A stretch of 62,984 bases of DNA, counting the filler, from Reclinomonas americana ATCC 50394 (taxonomy: Eukaryota), in assembly GCA_048213135.1 (NCBI GenBank). It is 6 parts of 4 records of this genome, joined end to end, with 100 filler letters (N's around TTAATTAATTAA, not from the genome) between each part and the next. Parts side by side here need not be neighbours in the genome. Positions count along the whole stretch, not along the records: positions 1 to 20,191 come from PS015183.1; positions 20,292 to 37,421 come from PS015184.1; 4 more parts are not named here. One strand, 5' to 3'. A model generated the notes under the pieces. The model saw nothing but the letters and a program-made list of their open reading frames with translations, did no database searches and had not been told where the DNA came from. Position numbers and translations under genes: made by a program. Shown here piece by piece: positions 12,190 to 25,400 of the stretch (position 1 is its first letter; every line of letters starts with the position of its first letter).

Positions 12190-13817
12190 TTACTCTTTCG
12201 GGGGACCCTGTATGGAGTACGGCTGGCGCGCAGCGTGTGCTTGCCGAAGCCAGACGGCCAGGTGACAGATCATGGCGTCGCTGGATCGCCACCACCACAG
12301 TGCACGTCGTCGTCGCTCGGCACCAAAGACGAGCCTGTTCACCGACGGGCCGAGAACAGTGTCCAGAAACTGTTATTGCAGCATAAGCATTTGTCCTTCA
12401 CACCACCCACACGTGACGAGCAATGCACCTGTGGCACGAGTCGTTCGATCTCGTCTCGAGTGAATTCGACAAAGTCGACAAAGTGCGCTGGTCCGTTTGC
12501 CGGATCAGCCTGGCGCTGTATGGACAGCACGATGGATGCGTACGGATCCGTACTTGCGTTCCTGCGTGGCGATTCGTGAGTACAAGAGAGAGAGAGAGAC
12601 ATGACAAGTGCCACAGTCGCTCACCAAATATCGACGAGGCCGCCCTTCCAGGCCCACGCGGTGGTGAAGATTGTGGTCAGGGCGCCCACCCATGTCGTTG
12701 ATTCGCCAGAGACTTGCAGATACACCAGCGAGGTGTCCGGGCACGTGATGGTTGGGAAGAGAAGAGCGTCGCGCTGAGCATGTTGATGAGCGTGCGACAG
12801 AGTTGCACGAAAAGACAGCAAATTTACCGTCCACAAGAAGAGAGACGCCGACCACCCGACCTGCAACACGCTGCATATGTCAAGAAAGGAAGCACTCCGC
12901 AACACGACAGAGTCACACGCAACGAGGGCCAGCGGCAACAGTATCAGGGCGACCCATTCGCGCGTGCGTCGACTCTACGAAGCCAACGGGTGAGGGATGC
13001 AAAGTTCGATCCCACAATTCCAAGTGGCGATCTCACCTTGATAATATAGATGCGGTGCGGCAGCAGCGTCTCCGCCAGGTGTCCCAGGTAATAGCGATTT
13101 CTCGCCAGTTCCGCCACATACAAGATCCATACCGCCTGTCATGCAGCAATACCATGGGAGTGAGAAAAAAACATTGCTCGACATTTAAGTGGCAGCAACG
13201 AAACCATTCCCGCTCCGATAATGACCTGTTACGGAAGCACTGGCACGTGTGAGAAAAGAGAGAGAGAGCTGCACGTGCAACACATCGGCGCAACTCCCAG
13301 CCACCGCCGATCAAAGTGGTTGTTGTGGTAGCGCATATTCGAGAGGCATCCCGTCTCCAACGGCGTCGCACACAGATTCATACTGCAATGCTTGCCGTCG
13401 CTCTCACAGCACCCCAGAATCGTGGCCTCTTGCGCCTGCCCAATGTACGAGAAGAAGGAGAGGAGCATGGTGGCGGGAATCAGGTAGGTGCTGGCGTAGC
13501 GCACCCACCAGGGCGAGCGGGCGGCGTCGACGGTGGCGAGGATGATGGCGTCGGGGGGTGGAGGGGGTGGTGAGTCGTGGGCGGGGGGTGGTGGCTGCAA
13601 AGGGGAAGAAGAGGAGAAGGGGGGGAGGTGAGGAGAAGGAAGGGAGAAGGGGAGAAGGGGGAGAGGGGGAGAAGGGGGAGAGATGAGGAGAAGGAAGGGA
13701 GAAGAGGGAGAAGGGGGAGAGATGAGGAGAAGGAAGGGAGAAGGGGGAGAAGGGGGAGAAGGAGAAAGAGAGAAAGATGAGCTGGATAGGAGACACACCA
13801 ACCGGGAGAATGCTCAT
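12190..13817 (-). CDS. Hypothetical multi-pass membrane protein
   Basis: Exons join in frame giving hydrophobic helices (YLIPATMLLSFFSYIG; WLGVIIGAGMAVWILYVAEL; WVALILLPLALVGWSASLFLWT; WVGALTTIFTTAWAW) and a Cys-rich loop; TAA at 12190. Family not recognised; start uncertain. Confidence 0.55.
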
Positions 13818-14154
13818 CCAACTCTTCACCACCTTGCCCTCCTTGCTGTTCTTCATCTTCCACTTCTTGCTCTTGTTGCAGCAGCCTGCCTTCTTACTCT
13901 TCTTCATCTTCAACTTGTTGTTGTTCTTGTTCTTGTTCGTCTTCTTCTTCTTCTTCTCCGTCTCCTTCTTCTTCTTCTCCTTCTTCTTCTTCTTCTGCTC
14001 CTTCTACTTCTTCTCCTTCTTCTCCCTCCCTCTCTCACACACCTGCCCATACTGCGCCACAAGAGGCGTGCGGTCATTCATACGAAGATAATACAAGCTA
14101 TATCAATCAATCTGTCCCGCAGTCAGTGTCCGCCACACTCTCTCTCTCCACATC

Positions 14155-14624
14155 ATGGCGGCCTCGGGCAGCAACAGCGCGCCTGCATACTTGTCATCAT
14201 CCTCACACTCACCCTCACCATTGTCGTTGTCTCCGCACTCGGGAGTGGCGTCGGCGGCTGCAGGCGCGGGTGCGGCGGCGCCTATCTTTGCGGTCGATCG
14301 CACGCAGCCACCACTCGTCACAGTCATCAAGGCCGGTCATCTCACCAAGAGAGGTGTGTGAGTGGGAGGAAGAGAGAGGGAGAGAGAGGAGAGAGTGATG
14401 ATTGAGTGTGAGNNNNNNNNNNNNNNNNNNNNNNNNNNNNNNNNNNNNNNNNNNNNNNNNNNNNNNNNNNNNNNNNNNNNNNNNNNNNNNNNNNNNNNNN
14501 NNNNNNNNNNNNNNNNNNNNNNNNNNNNNNNNNNNNNNNNNNNNNNNNNNNNNNNNNNNNNNNNNNNNNNNNNNNNNNNNNNNNNNNNNNNNNNNNNNNN
14601 NNNNNNNNNNNNNNNNNNNNNNNN

Positions 14625-14697
<73 letters not shown>

Positions 14698-17299
14698 TGA
14701 TTGAGGGCTGGATGGAGGCATTGATGACCCATTTTTCCGCTCCCCCATAGGTCGTATTTTCAAAACGTGGCGTCGACGGTGGTTTGTGCTCACCAGCAGT
14801 GCCTTGTCGTACTTTGCGGTGCGTTCTTCGCTCTCTCTCTCCACAGATGTCACTTTTGTTGTCTTTCCCCTCGCTGACTGCGCTTGTTCTTCTTCGTTCA
14901 GGATGAGCATCGCTCGCGTGCTCTTGGCTCGGTGGCGCTGCGCGACATTCTCAACGTGGTCGACGCGCATCCGCATCCGTCGGCCGCGCGGCACAGTGAT
15001 CATGTGATTGAGCTGGTCACGCGTAAGCGCACGTATCTGTTCTTTGCCAGCAGTCTTGCCGAGTCGCATGCGTGGGTTCGTCGGAGAGGGAGGGAAAGAG
15101 GGGGAGGGGAAAGATCAAGAAGGGCGAGTTCTGTTTCTCTCTCCCCTGACCTGACGCGCGTGCCAAGCCATGTAGCAGGTTGCAGGTAAAGGTGGAGAGT
15201 GAGTTGCCGAGCGAACTCGGCGTGGTGCAACAGAGTGGAGAGGACTCCCCCTCTCTCCCGAGAACTGAGGACAGCAATTAGAAAGTGGAGAAAAAGCACT
15301 CTATGTTTTTGCGCCATCTTCTCTCGCTCTCTCTCATTCTTTTCTTGTCAAGAACTGAAGACAGGAATGTGACAACGTGTGGGATACTGCTCAGTGTTTC
15401 TTGGCCATCTTTCTTTGTCTTCTTTCTCTCTCTCTCCCTTTCTTTCACGTCAAGAACTGAGGACAGGAATGAGACAGCGTGTGGGGATATCGCTCAGTGT
15501 TTCTTGGCCATCTTTCGTTGTCTTCTCTCTCTGTCTCTCTCTGTCTTCCCCTCTCTCTCTCCCTCTCTTTCACGTCAAGAACTGAGGATAGTAGTGAGAA
15601 AGCGTGCGGGGAAACTACTCTGTCTGTCGGTTTTCATGTTCTGCAGTTCTCTCTCACAGGAGAGAGAGAGAGAGAAGACGACGAAGGTTACCAAGAAACA
15701 TAGAGTAGTTTCCCTTGACGAGAGAGAGAGAGAGGAGACGACGAAGATGACCAAAAAACACAAAGTAGTTCCCTTGACGAGAGAGAGACAGAGAAGACGA
15801 CGGAGATGACTAAGACACCTGCATGTGTTTCATTCCCGTTGCGCAGGTGGAATGCATCCGCCAGACATTCTTCGACATTGGCGTGCTCTCCCGTGCCTGC
15901 ATCAGCAACTCATTTTGCTACGTGAGTGCATGCACACACCCGCGCCCGCACGCATTGACAAGAAATTACTCATTGTCATCACCCCCGTCAGTCCACATCA
16001 CTACCTCGCGCCGCCGGCGTGGCCGACCTGCCTCCCGCCGTGGTCTGCTCTCTCGCTGACAGTCTGCCATACCTGACCACTGCTCGGCGGCACCTGGCGC
16101 GTGTCGGTTTGACAGAGGTCGTCGTCGAGGTGGACGCGTTTGCGGGCATGGTGGCGTCGGAGGTGGAGCAGGCCAACCTGGGCGCGTACTTGTATCGCGG
16201 TGTGGTGTCGGCGCTGTCGACAAGGTCAGTTGGGGTGAACCTTTTCTCATTAACTCCCGCTTGATGCTCACGCATTCTCTGCGCAGCCTGCAGCGTGCAC
16301 TGGAGGGCGATCCCAGTTTTGCAGACTGCTGCCGGCACACTGTGAGCACCGGCAAGGTGGTGGTGATTGCGAATGATGATGCGCAAACGGTATGTGTGTG
16401 TGTTGCTGCCCCGTCTCTCCCACTCTCTCTCACTTGCCTTTTGCTGTAGGACTCGCTCGCCTTGTCCGTGCAACGTGGTGTTCTTATCGTCTCAATGCTC
16501 GTGCAAGCCGTGTCGCAACCAGCGGACAATATGGATAGCGCAATCGAGAATGTGATGCTGGTGGGTTCTGCAGAAGTACAGGCACAATGCGCTGATTTCG
16601 CCTCCCACTCACCGTGTGTGTCATGCGGCAGTTGGAGCGCAGTGGAGTGACGCTGCCACTTGTCGTGTGGCGCAACGTGGTGGAGCACGAGGGCGAGCGT
16701 AAGCAAGCGGCACGACTGCTCACGGAGTCGCTGTGTTATGGAGAGGATGGTGCGTCGCGTTCAACAATCGTGCGTGCGCGGGCACCGTTGTACTCACAAG
16801 CATTCTTCACAGCGCCTACACAGCAGTTTNNNNNNNNNNNNNNNNNNNNNNNNNNNNNNNNNNNNNNNNNNNNNNNNNNNNNNNNNNNNNNNNNNNNNNN
16901 NNNNNNNNNNNNNNNNNNNNNNNNNNNNNNNNNNNNNNNNNNNNNNNNNNNNNNNNNNNNNNNNNNNNNNNNNNNNNNNNNNNNNNNNNCCTGCGCTCGT
17001 GAACGCCGATGCATCCATCTCACTTCCTCGTTGCACAGTCACAAAGCGTTGCCGACGCCTTGTTCCTTCTTCGGGACACGGTGGAGGGAGGCAGCCGGCC
17101 CGCCGCTACAGCTTCTGCGCGATCAGCTGTCGCCGCGATTCCACTGCGCCGACCCTCCATGGCGCCCTCACCGCCACCGGCGCCGGCATCGCCCGGAAGT
17201 GGCGGAGGACGTGAATTCAGCGGCATGACATCGTTTGCACGCGGCACGCGGCACGGCGCCAACAATCCCACCGCACTTGGATCATCGCCAGGACGATAG
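14155..17299 (+). CDS. PH-domain protein
   Basis: Spliced N-terminus VIKAGHLTKRGRIFKTWRRRWFVLTSSALSYF...LGSVALRDI...IELVTRKRTYLFFASSLAESHAWVECIRQ is a classic PH domain; further in-frame exons follow; one gap inside. Confidence 0.8.
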
Positions 17300-17429
17300 G
17301 GTGGTGACGACAAGAGCGACGTTGCCCAACATCATCGTCGAAGGGAGCAATGTCGTCCTGTCTCTGCATCGTGCATTGTCAGTCTCGCGATCGCGCCTCC
17401 TGTTAAGAGCGGCAGTGCGTTGTTGAATC

Positions 17430-18984
17430 ATGAGCGCCAGCAGCTCGGATGACGAACGAGGTCAGGAAAGAATGAACGCTGTGTTTGTTTATGTGGTTTC
17501 TGGCTCGGTCTCAGTCTCACTTGGACCCTGCTCGCCATCATCATCATTGAGTAGTCTTCTCATCCTCTTGTGATCTCTCTCTCTCTCCCCGTGTGTTGCT
17601 CATCGTCCTTCTCTCTGTGCACCTGCGTGTGCTGCTATTGTCAACATGTCCACTTACTCACTTACTCACACACACTTTCGCCCTCCAGCAGGCGAGCCGG
17701 CAGCAGAGAGAGCAGAGGTGGACGATGGCGCGCGTCAAGTTGCATGCACTTTATACCTCGTCGCGTGTGTGATCATCAAACAAGCACTCATCTGACGACT
17801 GCTGCATGCATGCATACAGTCACGAAAGCGCACTCGCGACGACGACGACGACGGCGATGGCAGTTGCAGCGATAGTGATCGCGATGGCGACTCTCGCATG
17901 CGACAGAGCAAGCGAGACTCTCCTTCTCCGTCTCCGCCTCCTCAGCCTGCGCGACGCAAATCGCGCTCGCCCTCACGCTCGCCAGAGCGCAAACGACAGC
18001 GACGCAGTGGCAGTCGTGATCGCCGACCATCGCCGGCTTCGTCTCGCTCGCGTTCACGCTCCCGCGAGCGCGATCATCGCCGGCAACCGCGTCGACATCG
18101 ATCGCGTTCACGGAGTCCGTACTCGTCTCGTCGCCGTCGCAGCAGTCCCGACCGTCGCCGTCGCCACCGCTCGCCAAGTCCTCGGCGGCACTCTCAGTCA
18201 CCACCGCGACGCGCTCGTACTCGTCGCGAAGGCATTGTTGCGTTCGCTGTTTCCCCTGTCGTGCGTGCTCTTTCCTCACGGTCTCACGCATTTCCACAGC
18301 CAAGCCCATGCAACGTTCTCGGTCTGTTCAATATCAACCCGCGCGCCTCGCAAAAGGAGGTGGAGGAGCTGGTGAGCAAGTACGGTGAACTGGACAAGAT
18401 GTTCTTGATCATGGACCGCCAGGCACGTCGCATGTGTGTGCCCGCTCCCCTTCTGCTGCTCACCACTGGCACACACAGTCTGGTCAATCGCGAGGCTTTG
18501 CTTTTATTTACATGCGCAATGTGGAGGAGGCCACCAAGGTGAAGGATAATCTTGGCGGCATGACATACATGGGTCAGTTGCTGCGCTGCGATTACTCGTT
18601 GACCAAGCGGCCGCACTCACCAACACCCGGCCGCTACATGGGCGAGGCTACGTCGTCGTCGCGTCGAGCGTCGAGTCCTCGCAGCTATCGCGATCGCGAG
18701 CGTGACCGTGACAGGGACCGTGATCGCGAGAGGGCCAGGGATCGCGACAGGGACCGCGATCGCGACAGGGATCGCGACAGGGACCGCGATCGCGACAGGG
18801 ATCGCGACAGGGACCGCGATCGCGACAGGGATCGCGACAGAGACCGTGATCGCCGCCGAGACCGCAGTCGTGATCGTGATCGTGGTTTGTCATTCTCTGT
18901 GTACTCCACGAGTCTGCCGTCAGTGCTGCCCCCTCAATTTCGGTGCGTCATGTGCACTCTGCAGGTCGCAGTTCTTCTCGCTGA
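17430..18984 (+). CDS. TRA2: Transformer-2-like SR splicing factor (RS domain, RRM, RD repeat)
   Basis: RS-rich region, then PSPCNVLGLFNI...KYGEL...IMDRQ|SGQSRGFAFIYM...LRCDYSLTKRPHSPTPGRYMG (Tra2 linker motif) and an RD dipeptide tail. Confidence 0.88.
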
Positions 18985-19407
18985 GGCAGCAGAGGAACGA
19001 ACACACCGACTTTTCTTTGGCGGACGCCGTGACGTGTGAGAACGAAGAGTGAATTGCCGATGTGAGAAGAACGACGATCCGATGAACAAGGAGAAGATAA
19101 GAAGAAGAAGAATGAGAGGAACCGGGGCGACTGGCAGGAAGGAAGTATGCAGGCCGGTGTCGAGTCGCTGGCGACTGGCTGGAAGGACATCAAGTGGCGC
19201 CTAGGTTCTTGCTTTGAGGCTTCTGGTGAGAAGGGGGACGCAGAGTTGAAGCGGAATGGAGTCGGAAACAATCGGCCAAATGAAGATGCGCGTGCTGACT
19301 GCAATGAACATTGATCAGAGAAGAGTCCGCATTGCAAGATTACTGTTCACTAAACAAGCTTATTAAGAAAGAAAAGAATACTATCACACATCATACATAG
19401 CCACTTC

Positions 19408-22400
19408 TCATTCGGCCTCCGAGTGAGTGCCGCTACCAAAGGTGGCCGCACCATCGGCATTTGTATCTACACCCATTTGCACCATCACGTCCGTCTCGTG
19501 AACCTCCTCCTCCCCCCGTGGTCGAGACGATGAGTGTCTGCTGCTGCTGCCGCTGTCCCACTCTCCAATGTCTTCAGAAGCCGCGGCCGAAACCACCGCT
19601 GCGGTTGATGTCGTGGTTGCGGTAGCCGTCGCCGATGGTGTTGTGTCCAATGGCACCGTCGATTGCGCCGCGGCATCGGCGGCGGCAGTCGAGCGTTCCG
19701 GAGGGCCCGCACGGAGTGATTCGACTCGAAGACCGAGCGCATCCAGTCCCTGATCGACTTCCTCCTCCTCCTCATCGTCGTCGTCGTCGGACGTATTCTG
19801 ACCGGTGTCGGCGTCAAAGTCGATTGGAGTCGGGTGATCGAGGTTGAGTGGGATCTTTGCTGACGATACACAGCTGTTGCCGACGCGCAGCAGCGGGCGC
19901 GACGAGGGACTGCCAGGCGACTCGGGCGACGAGAGTCCGTGCGGCGAGTGCAAGTCGCCATCGCCGTCGGCCGCCGCAAATTCGAGATGCGTGAGTCCGC
20001 GCGCCGCCTTGGTGGACGACACGAGGAGGCCACGTGCCGAGCTCACACTCATAGAGCTGTGATGCGACGCAGTGTTGGCGCTCTCCACGTCGCTGTCCAA
20101 GAAAATGTCCGCAGCGTGGACATGTGGGGGCCGGCGCCCGCCGCCGTCTCTTCGGTTCTGGCGAGCTCGGCGCGCACACCAACCACGCTTCNNNNNNNNN
20201 NNNNNNNNNNNNNNNNNNNNNNNNNNNNNNNNNNNTTAATTAATTAANNNNNNNNNNNNNNNNNNNNNNNNNNNNNNNNNNNNNNNNNNNNACGGCCAGC
20301 CAGATGACGGTGGTGATGGCGGCGAGACCCAAGAGTGGGAAGATTACGGCCTGTGGCGGAGGAGAACCATGAGCAAGAGTGCGAGAGAGAGAGAGGAAGG
20401 GATGGCGATACATACCAATGCAATCTTCCATGCCGCCACCGAGTCCACCACGAGATTCTCGAGAACCGCCAGCGAGCTAGTGCCGACAGCAACATACTCG
20501 GTGGTGCCAGCAAACTTGATGCACATTCGCAGACGCGTAGCGTCGTCCACGTAGGCGGTCACTATTGTTTGCCGCCCGTCAGCCGACGTGTCTGCAAGGG
20601 AGCACGAGGTGAGCTCGTGCAATGTCGACGACAACAGTGACACGCACACAGTCCGCAACTCAAGGTGCCGAGCACAGCGGTCGGATACGAGGCCACTTGC
20701 GCACCGCTGCATTGCGCCAAGAACGGCGCCAACACCAGCGTGTCTGAAGACGACAAGCCAAAGCCGCTCACCGTGAGCGACGTGGAAATGTGGGCGAGAA
20801 CACTGTCGGGCGAGAACTCTGCGCGCGCATACGCCTCATCAGCAAGGAGACAAAGAGGCACAGATGTTGCGGCAAGAACAACGAGCAACGCACCGCTGGC
20901 GTGCGGTGGTTGCACGGAGAGCGACTGCTGGAGCATGTTGTACTGCGAGAAGCCTTCGTGACGGATGCAAACCTGCAGGGGCGCACAACAAGTGAGAACT
21001 CGTTTGTAGACTGCGTGCAAGCACCTCCCTGTGACGCAACGACGTAGTTGCCCGAGTTGGCAAACGAGGTCTGCACCGTGAGAATGCTGCCCGTTGCATC
21101 CACGGTTCTTGCACTCGACAGCACCACACCCGCCGCCATGACGGGCGCCGGTTGGCACGGATTGGCGACCACACCACCGGCCGACACAATCGACAAATCG
21201 GCGCCTGAAACAGAGAAGGAACAAAGCAAAGTGGTGGTGAGTGTCGGCATGCCGCGACTGGCTGCGCTGCGCCAGCAAATCACCTTCTCGCAAGGCATCG
21301 CCCTGAATCGTCAGTGTTGTCAGCCGCACAGCCGACTGCACAATCGAGGTGGGCGAGACACTGCGCGCAGACGGAGCTGCTCGGGAACCGATGATGAGAA
21401 AGGCTGATCGACGATGCGACAACAGGATCGGTAATGACGCAACTGACGGCAACCACTGAGCCCGGCACGGAGGATACTTGGGGCGCGCCGCTGGCACTGC
21501 GGAAGGAGACGCAGAGCACGTACGAGGCGGCTTTGGCGGGGGTCACAGGGACCTGCGAGAAGGGAAGGGAGGTGGGCAAGGGGGAGAGGGGGGAGGGAGG
21601 AGAAGGGAGGTGGGCAAGGGGGGAGAGGGGAGGGAGGAGAAGGGAGGAGACGGGAGGTGGGCAAGGGGGGAGAAGGGTGGGAGAAGGGGGAGGTGGGAGG
21701 AGGTGGTAGCATGCGAAGAAAGCAGTGAAGCAACGAGGCAGTGGGGGAACAAAGACGGTCGAGTAATGTCGAGGTCGAACGAAGCGAAGAGCGCCTTGGT
21801 CACGGAGATGAACGGAGAAGAAATGACGATGTATTCGCGGCGAGCGACCGAAAGGAAGAGAATAAAGAGAAATCTGAAATCTGAGAAGCCTTCAGCCAAC
21901 TGCTCACTTGCCAAGGAGGAGGGCAAGCGAGAGAGAAATACAACAAGACAGAGGTATCGACGCACTGATCGCGAGTGGGCAGAACGAAGATTGAGACAAA
22001 ACACACACAGGGAGAGAGAGAAGCAAACGACCAACTATACGCTGGAGGGCAAGTGAAAAAACACAAGCATCAGCGTGTTACATGGTGACGCGCAGATCGA
22101 GAGTGAGAGAGACACAATACGCACAGGGAGAGGAAGAGAGAAACGATCGAATACAGAAAAAGTGCACAACCAACTGCTCACTTGCCAAGGAGGAGGCAAG
22201 TGACAGAATGAGAAATAACAAAACGGAAGCTTCAGCCAGCATGTCTTGATCGCAAATCGGCCAGACACATATTTAGAGAGAATAGCGACGAGTGAACGCA
22301 CTTTCCCCCTCCCTTTCCTATCATTGCCCTTCTCTCCTCCTCCAACTTACCACAAGATTCGACGTATCGGGGTCCACTTGCGCCTGCCCGACAGTCACTG

Positions 22401-25400
22401 ACGATGAGCTGCTGGTCGCGGTCTCGCACAACCCTGCCGACGATGACGACCGCGGCTGAGCAAAAGGTACAAGAAAAGGATGAGTTTTCCACGACTGGCA
22501 GGCACATTTCATGCACTCCTCTCTCACCGTCGAAGGAGACTCGCTGGGGTCAATGACCAGCACCGAGTTGAAGGCGCTCAATGCGGTACCTTGCACGGAA
22601 ATGAGATTTACGGTGTTGACAGCCAGCGGTCGCGTCATCACCGACACGACGCGTGGCGCTGTTGTTGCCAGAGTTCCCTTTAGAATGAGAGAGACGAATG
22701 CAAGAAGTATTTTCGTCCAGCGCAACTGTCGACAACAAGAGCCGGACTACCATCGCTGCCAATCGCATTGTATGCAATGGCTCCCCGCGCACGATAGCAC
22801 ACAATGTACTCGCCACGTTGCGTGACAGTCAATGTCATGCGCAGTGCGGTCGTGCTGCCGTCGTCAATCGCGGGTGAGAATTGCACATCCGTTGCTGGAT
22901 TCACATGCTGCGCAAGTCCCAGACGAGACACAGTCAGTCTGACAAAGAGTCGGTGGCACGCACGCACGAGTGCAAAGTTACAAGTCGCACCTGGCCAACG
23001 CAGTCACCGGAGTCGGACACCAGCGCCACCTCGAAACCAGGCTGTGACAGGAATTCTCCCACGATCACAAAGGTGGTCGGGATGGCCGGAGCGATCGATG
23101 CAGGCCACACGCGGCTGACAGTCCCCACTGTGGAGGCAGGAGGGAAATGGAAAGGGGTGGTGAGAAGAAGGAGGGACACAAATGAAGGAGGAAGCCAGAG
23201 GACATCCTGCAGAGAGGAGGCACAAAGCAGAGAGTGAAAGAGGAAAAGGACACAGGGAATGAGTGACACGTGGCACAAAGAGGAAAGGCGGCGCAGCACA
23301 GAGTGGAAGAGAGAAATGTGAGAAGAAAGAAGGACACGGGGCACAAAGGGGAGGGGGGCAAGAGATGGGACAGGGTAAGAGAGAGAGAGAGATGCATGAG
23401 GATCAAGGACAAGTGCGCAACGAGGAAGGAGGTGCAGAGGTTAAAGAGGAGAAAGTGGCCCCATGGTGGAAGGGAAAAAGAAGGAGGCAAGAGATGGGAC
23501 AGAGAGGAAGAGAGATGCATGAGGATCAAGGACAAGTGCGCAACGAGAGAGGAGAAAGTGGCCCCAGGGTAGAAGGCACAAAGGGGTAGTCGGCAAGAGA
23601 GGGGAAGATGACAAGGAAGGACATGTGTCACAAAGAGGAACGAGGTGCAGCGGCACGAGATGGGAGAGGGCACAACGAGCCATCACAGGCGTTGTAAGCA
23701 CGAACCTTTTCCCACCAGCGATCCAGCTGCCACGGGTTGCAGGCCATCCTCGCCGTCGACCTCAATGCACATGATGAATTGACCGGCTCGCTGAAGAGGA
23801 AAAAGCGATGAGTGAGCCTGTGCGTGAACGTATGAACATCGAGAGCAGCATCACAACAGCACCGGAAGCGTGACATCGACGACCAGTGAATCGTCGTCCT
23901 GGTCGCGCGGAACCAGCAGAGACAGATCGGCAGGCTGTCATCACACAGCAAATATGAGGCGGCGCAGACACAAACAAGAGATGAACACCAGGAAGCAAAT
24001 TAAGCGACAGTACCGGCGACATTGTCGCAGCCGAGCATGAGGAATTCGAGGGAATCACAGCCACACGCGTCACCGACGTGAGCTGGGCGCCAAAAACAGT
24101 GACCGGCACCGCCTTCAGTACGCCAATGATACTCGGACGGACGCCCGACGTGACCGTGGCTGCGTTCGACGAGACAAGTGAGCCACACAGTTGAAGCACA
24201 CGGAAAACGAATGACGGAACCTTGAAGGGTCATCAATCCGTTCGCAACCGGCGAATAGTCAGTGCTTCCAAAGAACCGCACGCACAGCTGGTAGGTCGCA
24301 CCGATATCATCGTTGACGGCCATACTGCAGGTGGGGAACGAATGAGAGGATGGCCGGAGGCGGCAACTGACAAAGGGAGAGAAAACGCAACGTGAACAAA
24401 AACGATTTGCCCAGCAGCTCCAAATCGGTCAACGTCACCGCCGGGTCACTGACTCCTGTCTTGCACGAAGTACCCGACTTTACTGCAATGATGTCGTTGT
24501 CCGTGGGACTGAGGTTGGTGCCACTCGCAGTGACAACGGTTCGTGCACGTGGGACGAGGAAGAGTGGCGAGACTGAGTTGACGGTCGGCACTGCAGCACA
24601 AGCAAGTCGGACAGTCAGTCTATGAAGAAGAAGATGCGTGATTTGACATCGGGGTAGTGCGCAGCACCTCGAACGAGCAAGCCACCGTTGACGACCGGTT
24701 GAAACACGGCAGAGCCGGAGAATCTATCGAGGTACAAAATGTGAGCAATCAACAGCTCGACGCGCAACGAGCCTCGCAATGAACGTACGCACCGGATGCA
24801 CAAGACAAATGGCTGAAGGGAGAACTGGACAGTTACCGGCAGCGTGATTTGCGTGTCGGTGACAGAAGTAAAGGCGCCGGTCGATGCCTTGGCGGTCGCA
24901 GGTGGTGACTCGCGGTTGCACACCGTGTTTGCATCTTGGGTGCCGTCGCTGACCACCACTTGCGTGGCAGCACGCAAGCGCGTTCCCGACAACGTCAAGA
25001 CCGTGGTGACCACAATGGGTACTTGGTTGGTACCGGTCAGCGAGGCAGAAGGGACCGGCGAGATCAAATCTGCGAAAGAACAGTCAGCTGGCGGCGGTAT
25101 CAAGTCGCCAAGGAGGAGAACACACTCACGCACTTTGAACATCAAAGGGGCCGCCGACCACGTCGCGGAATGGCTGGCCCGACAAGAATGCGTACCTGCG
25201 ATGAAAGAGGGGGAGAAAAGTGAGATGCAGATAGAGGAGACGTGCACAAGAGCAAGAGAAACAGAGGGAGGCAGCGAAGAGTCCAAACGCAGAGAAGAGA
25301 AAACAAATTGGTGGGGGGGGGGGGGGGGGGGGAAGGGTTGACGGCAGCGCGGAGAGGGAGGAAGTGATTCGACGAGCAAAGGACGGTTCAAACACAATCG

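Noticed and set aside
13800-14030. In-frame TAA inside a Glu/Gln-rich minus-strand frame, suggesting stop-codon reassignment
   Set aside because: Splice phase favours another frame, and TAA/TAG/TGA all terminate genes here (e.g. COG6 TAA); no in-frame stops seen in conserved domains.
20236-20247. Repeated palindromic TTAATTAATTAA as a recombination or elimination signal
   Set aside because: Always embedded in N-runs, encodes six-frame stops, and splits continuous exons; it is an assembly linker.
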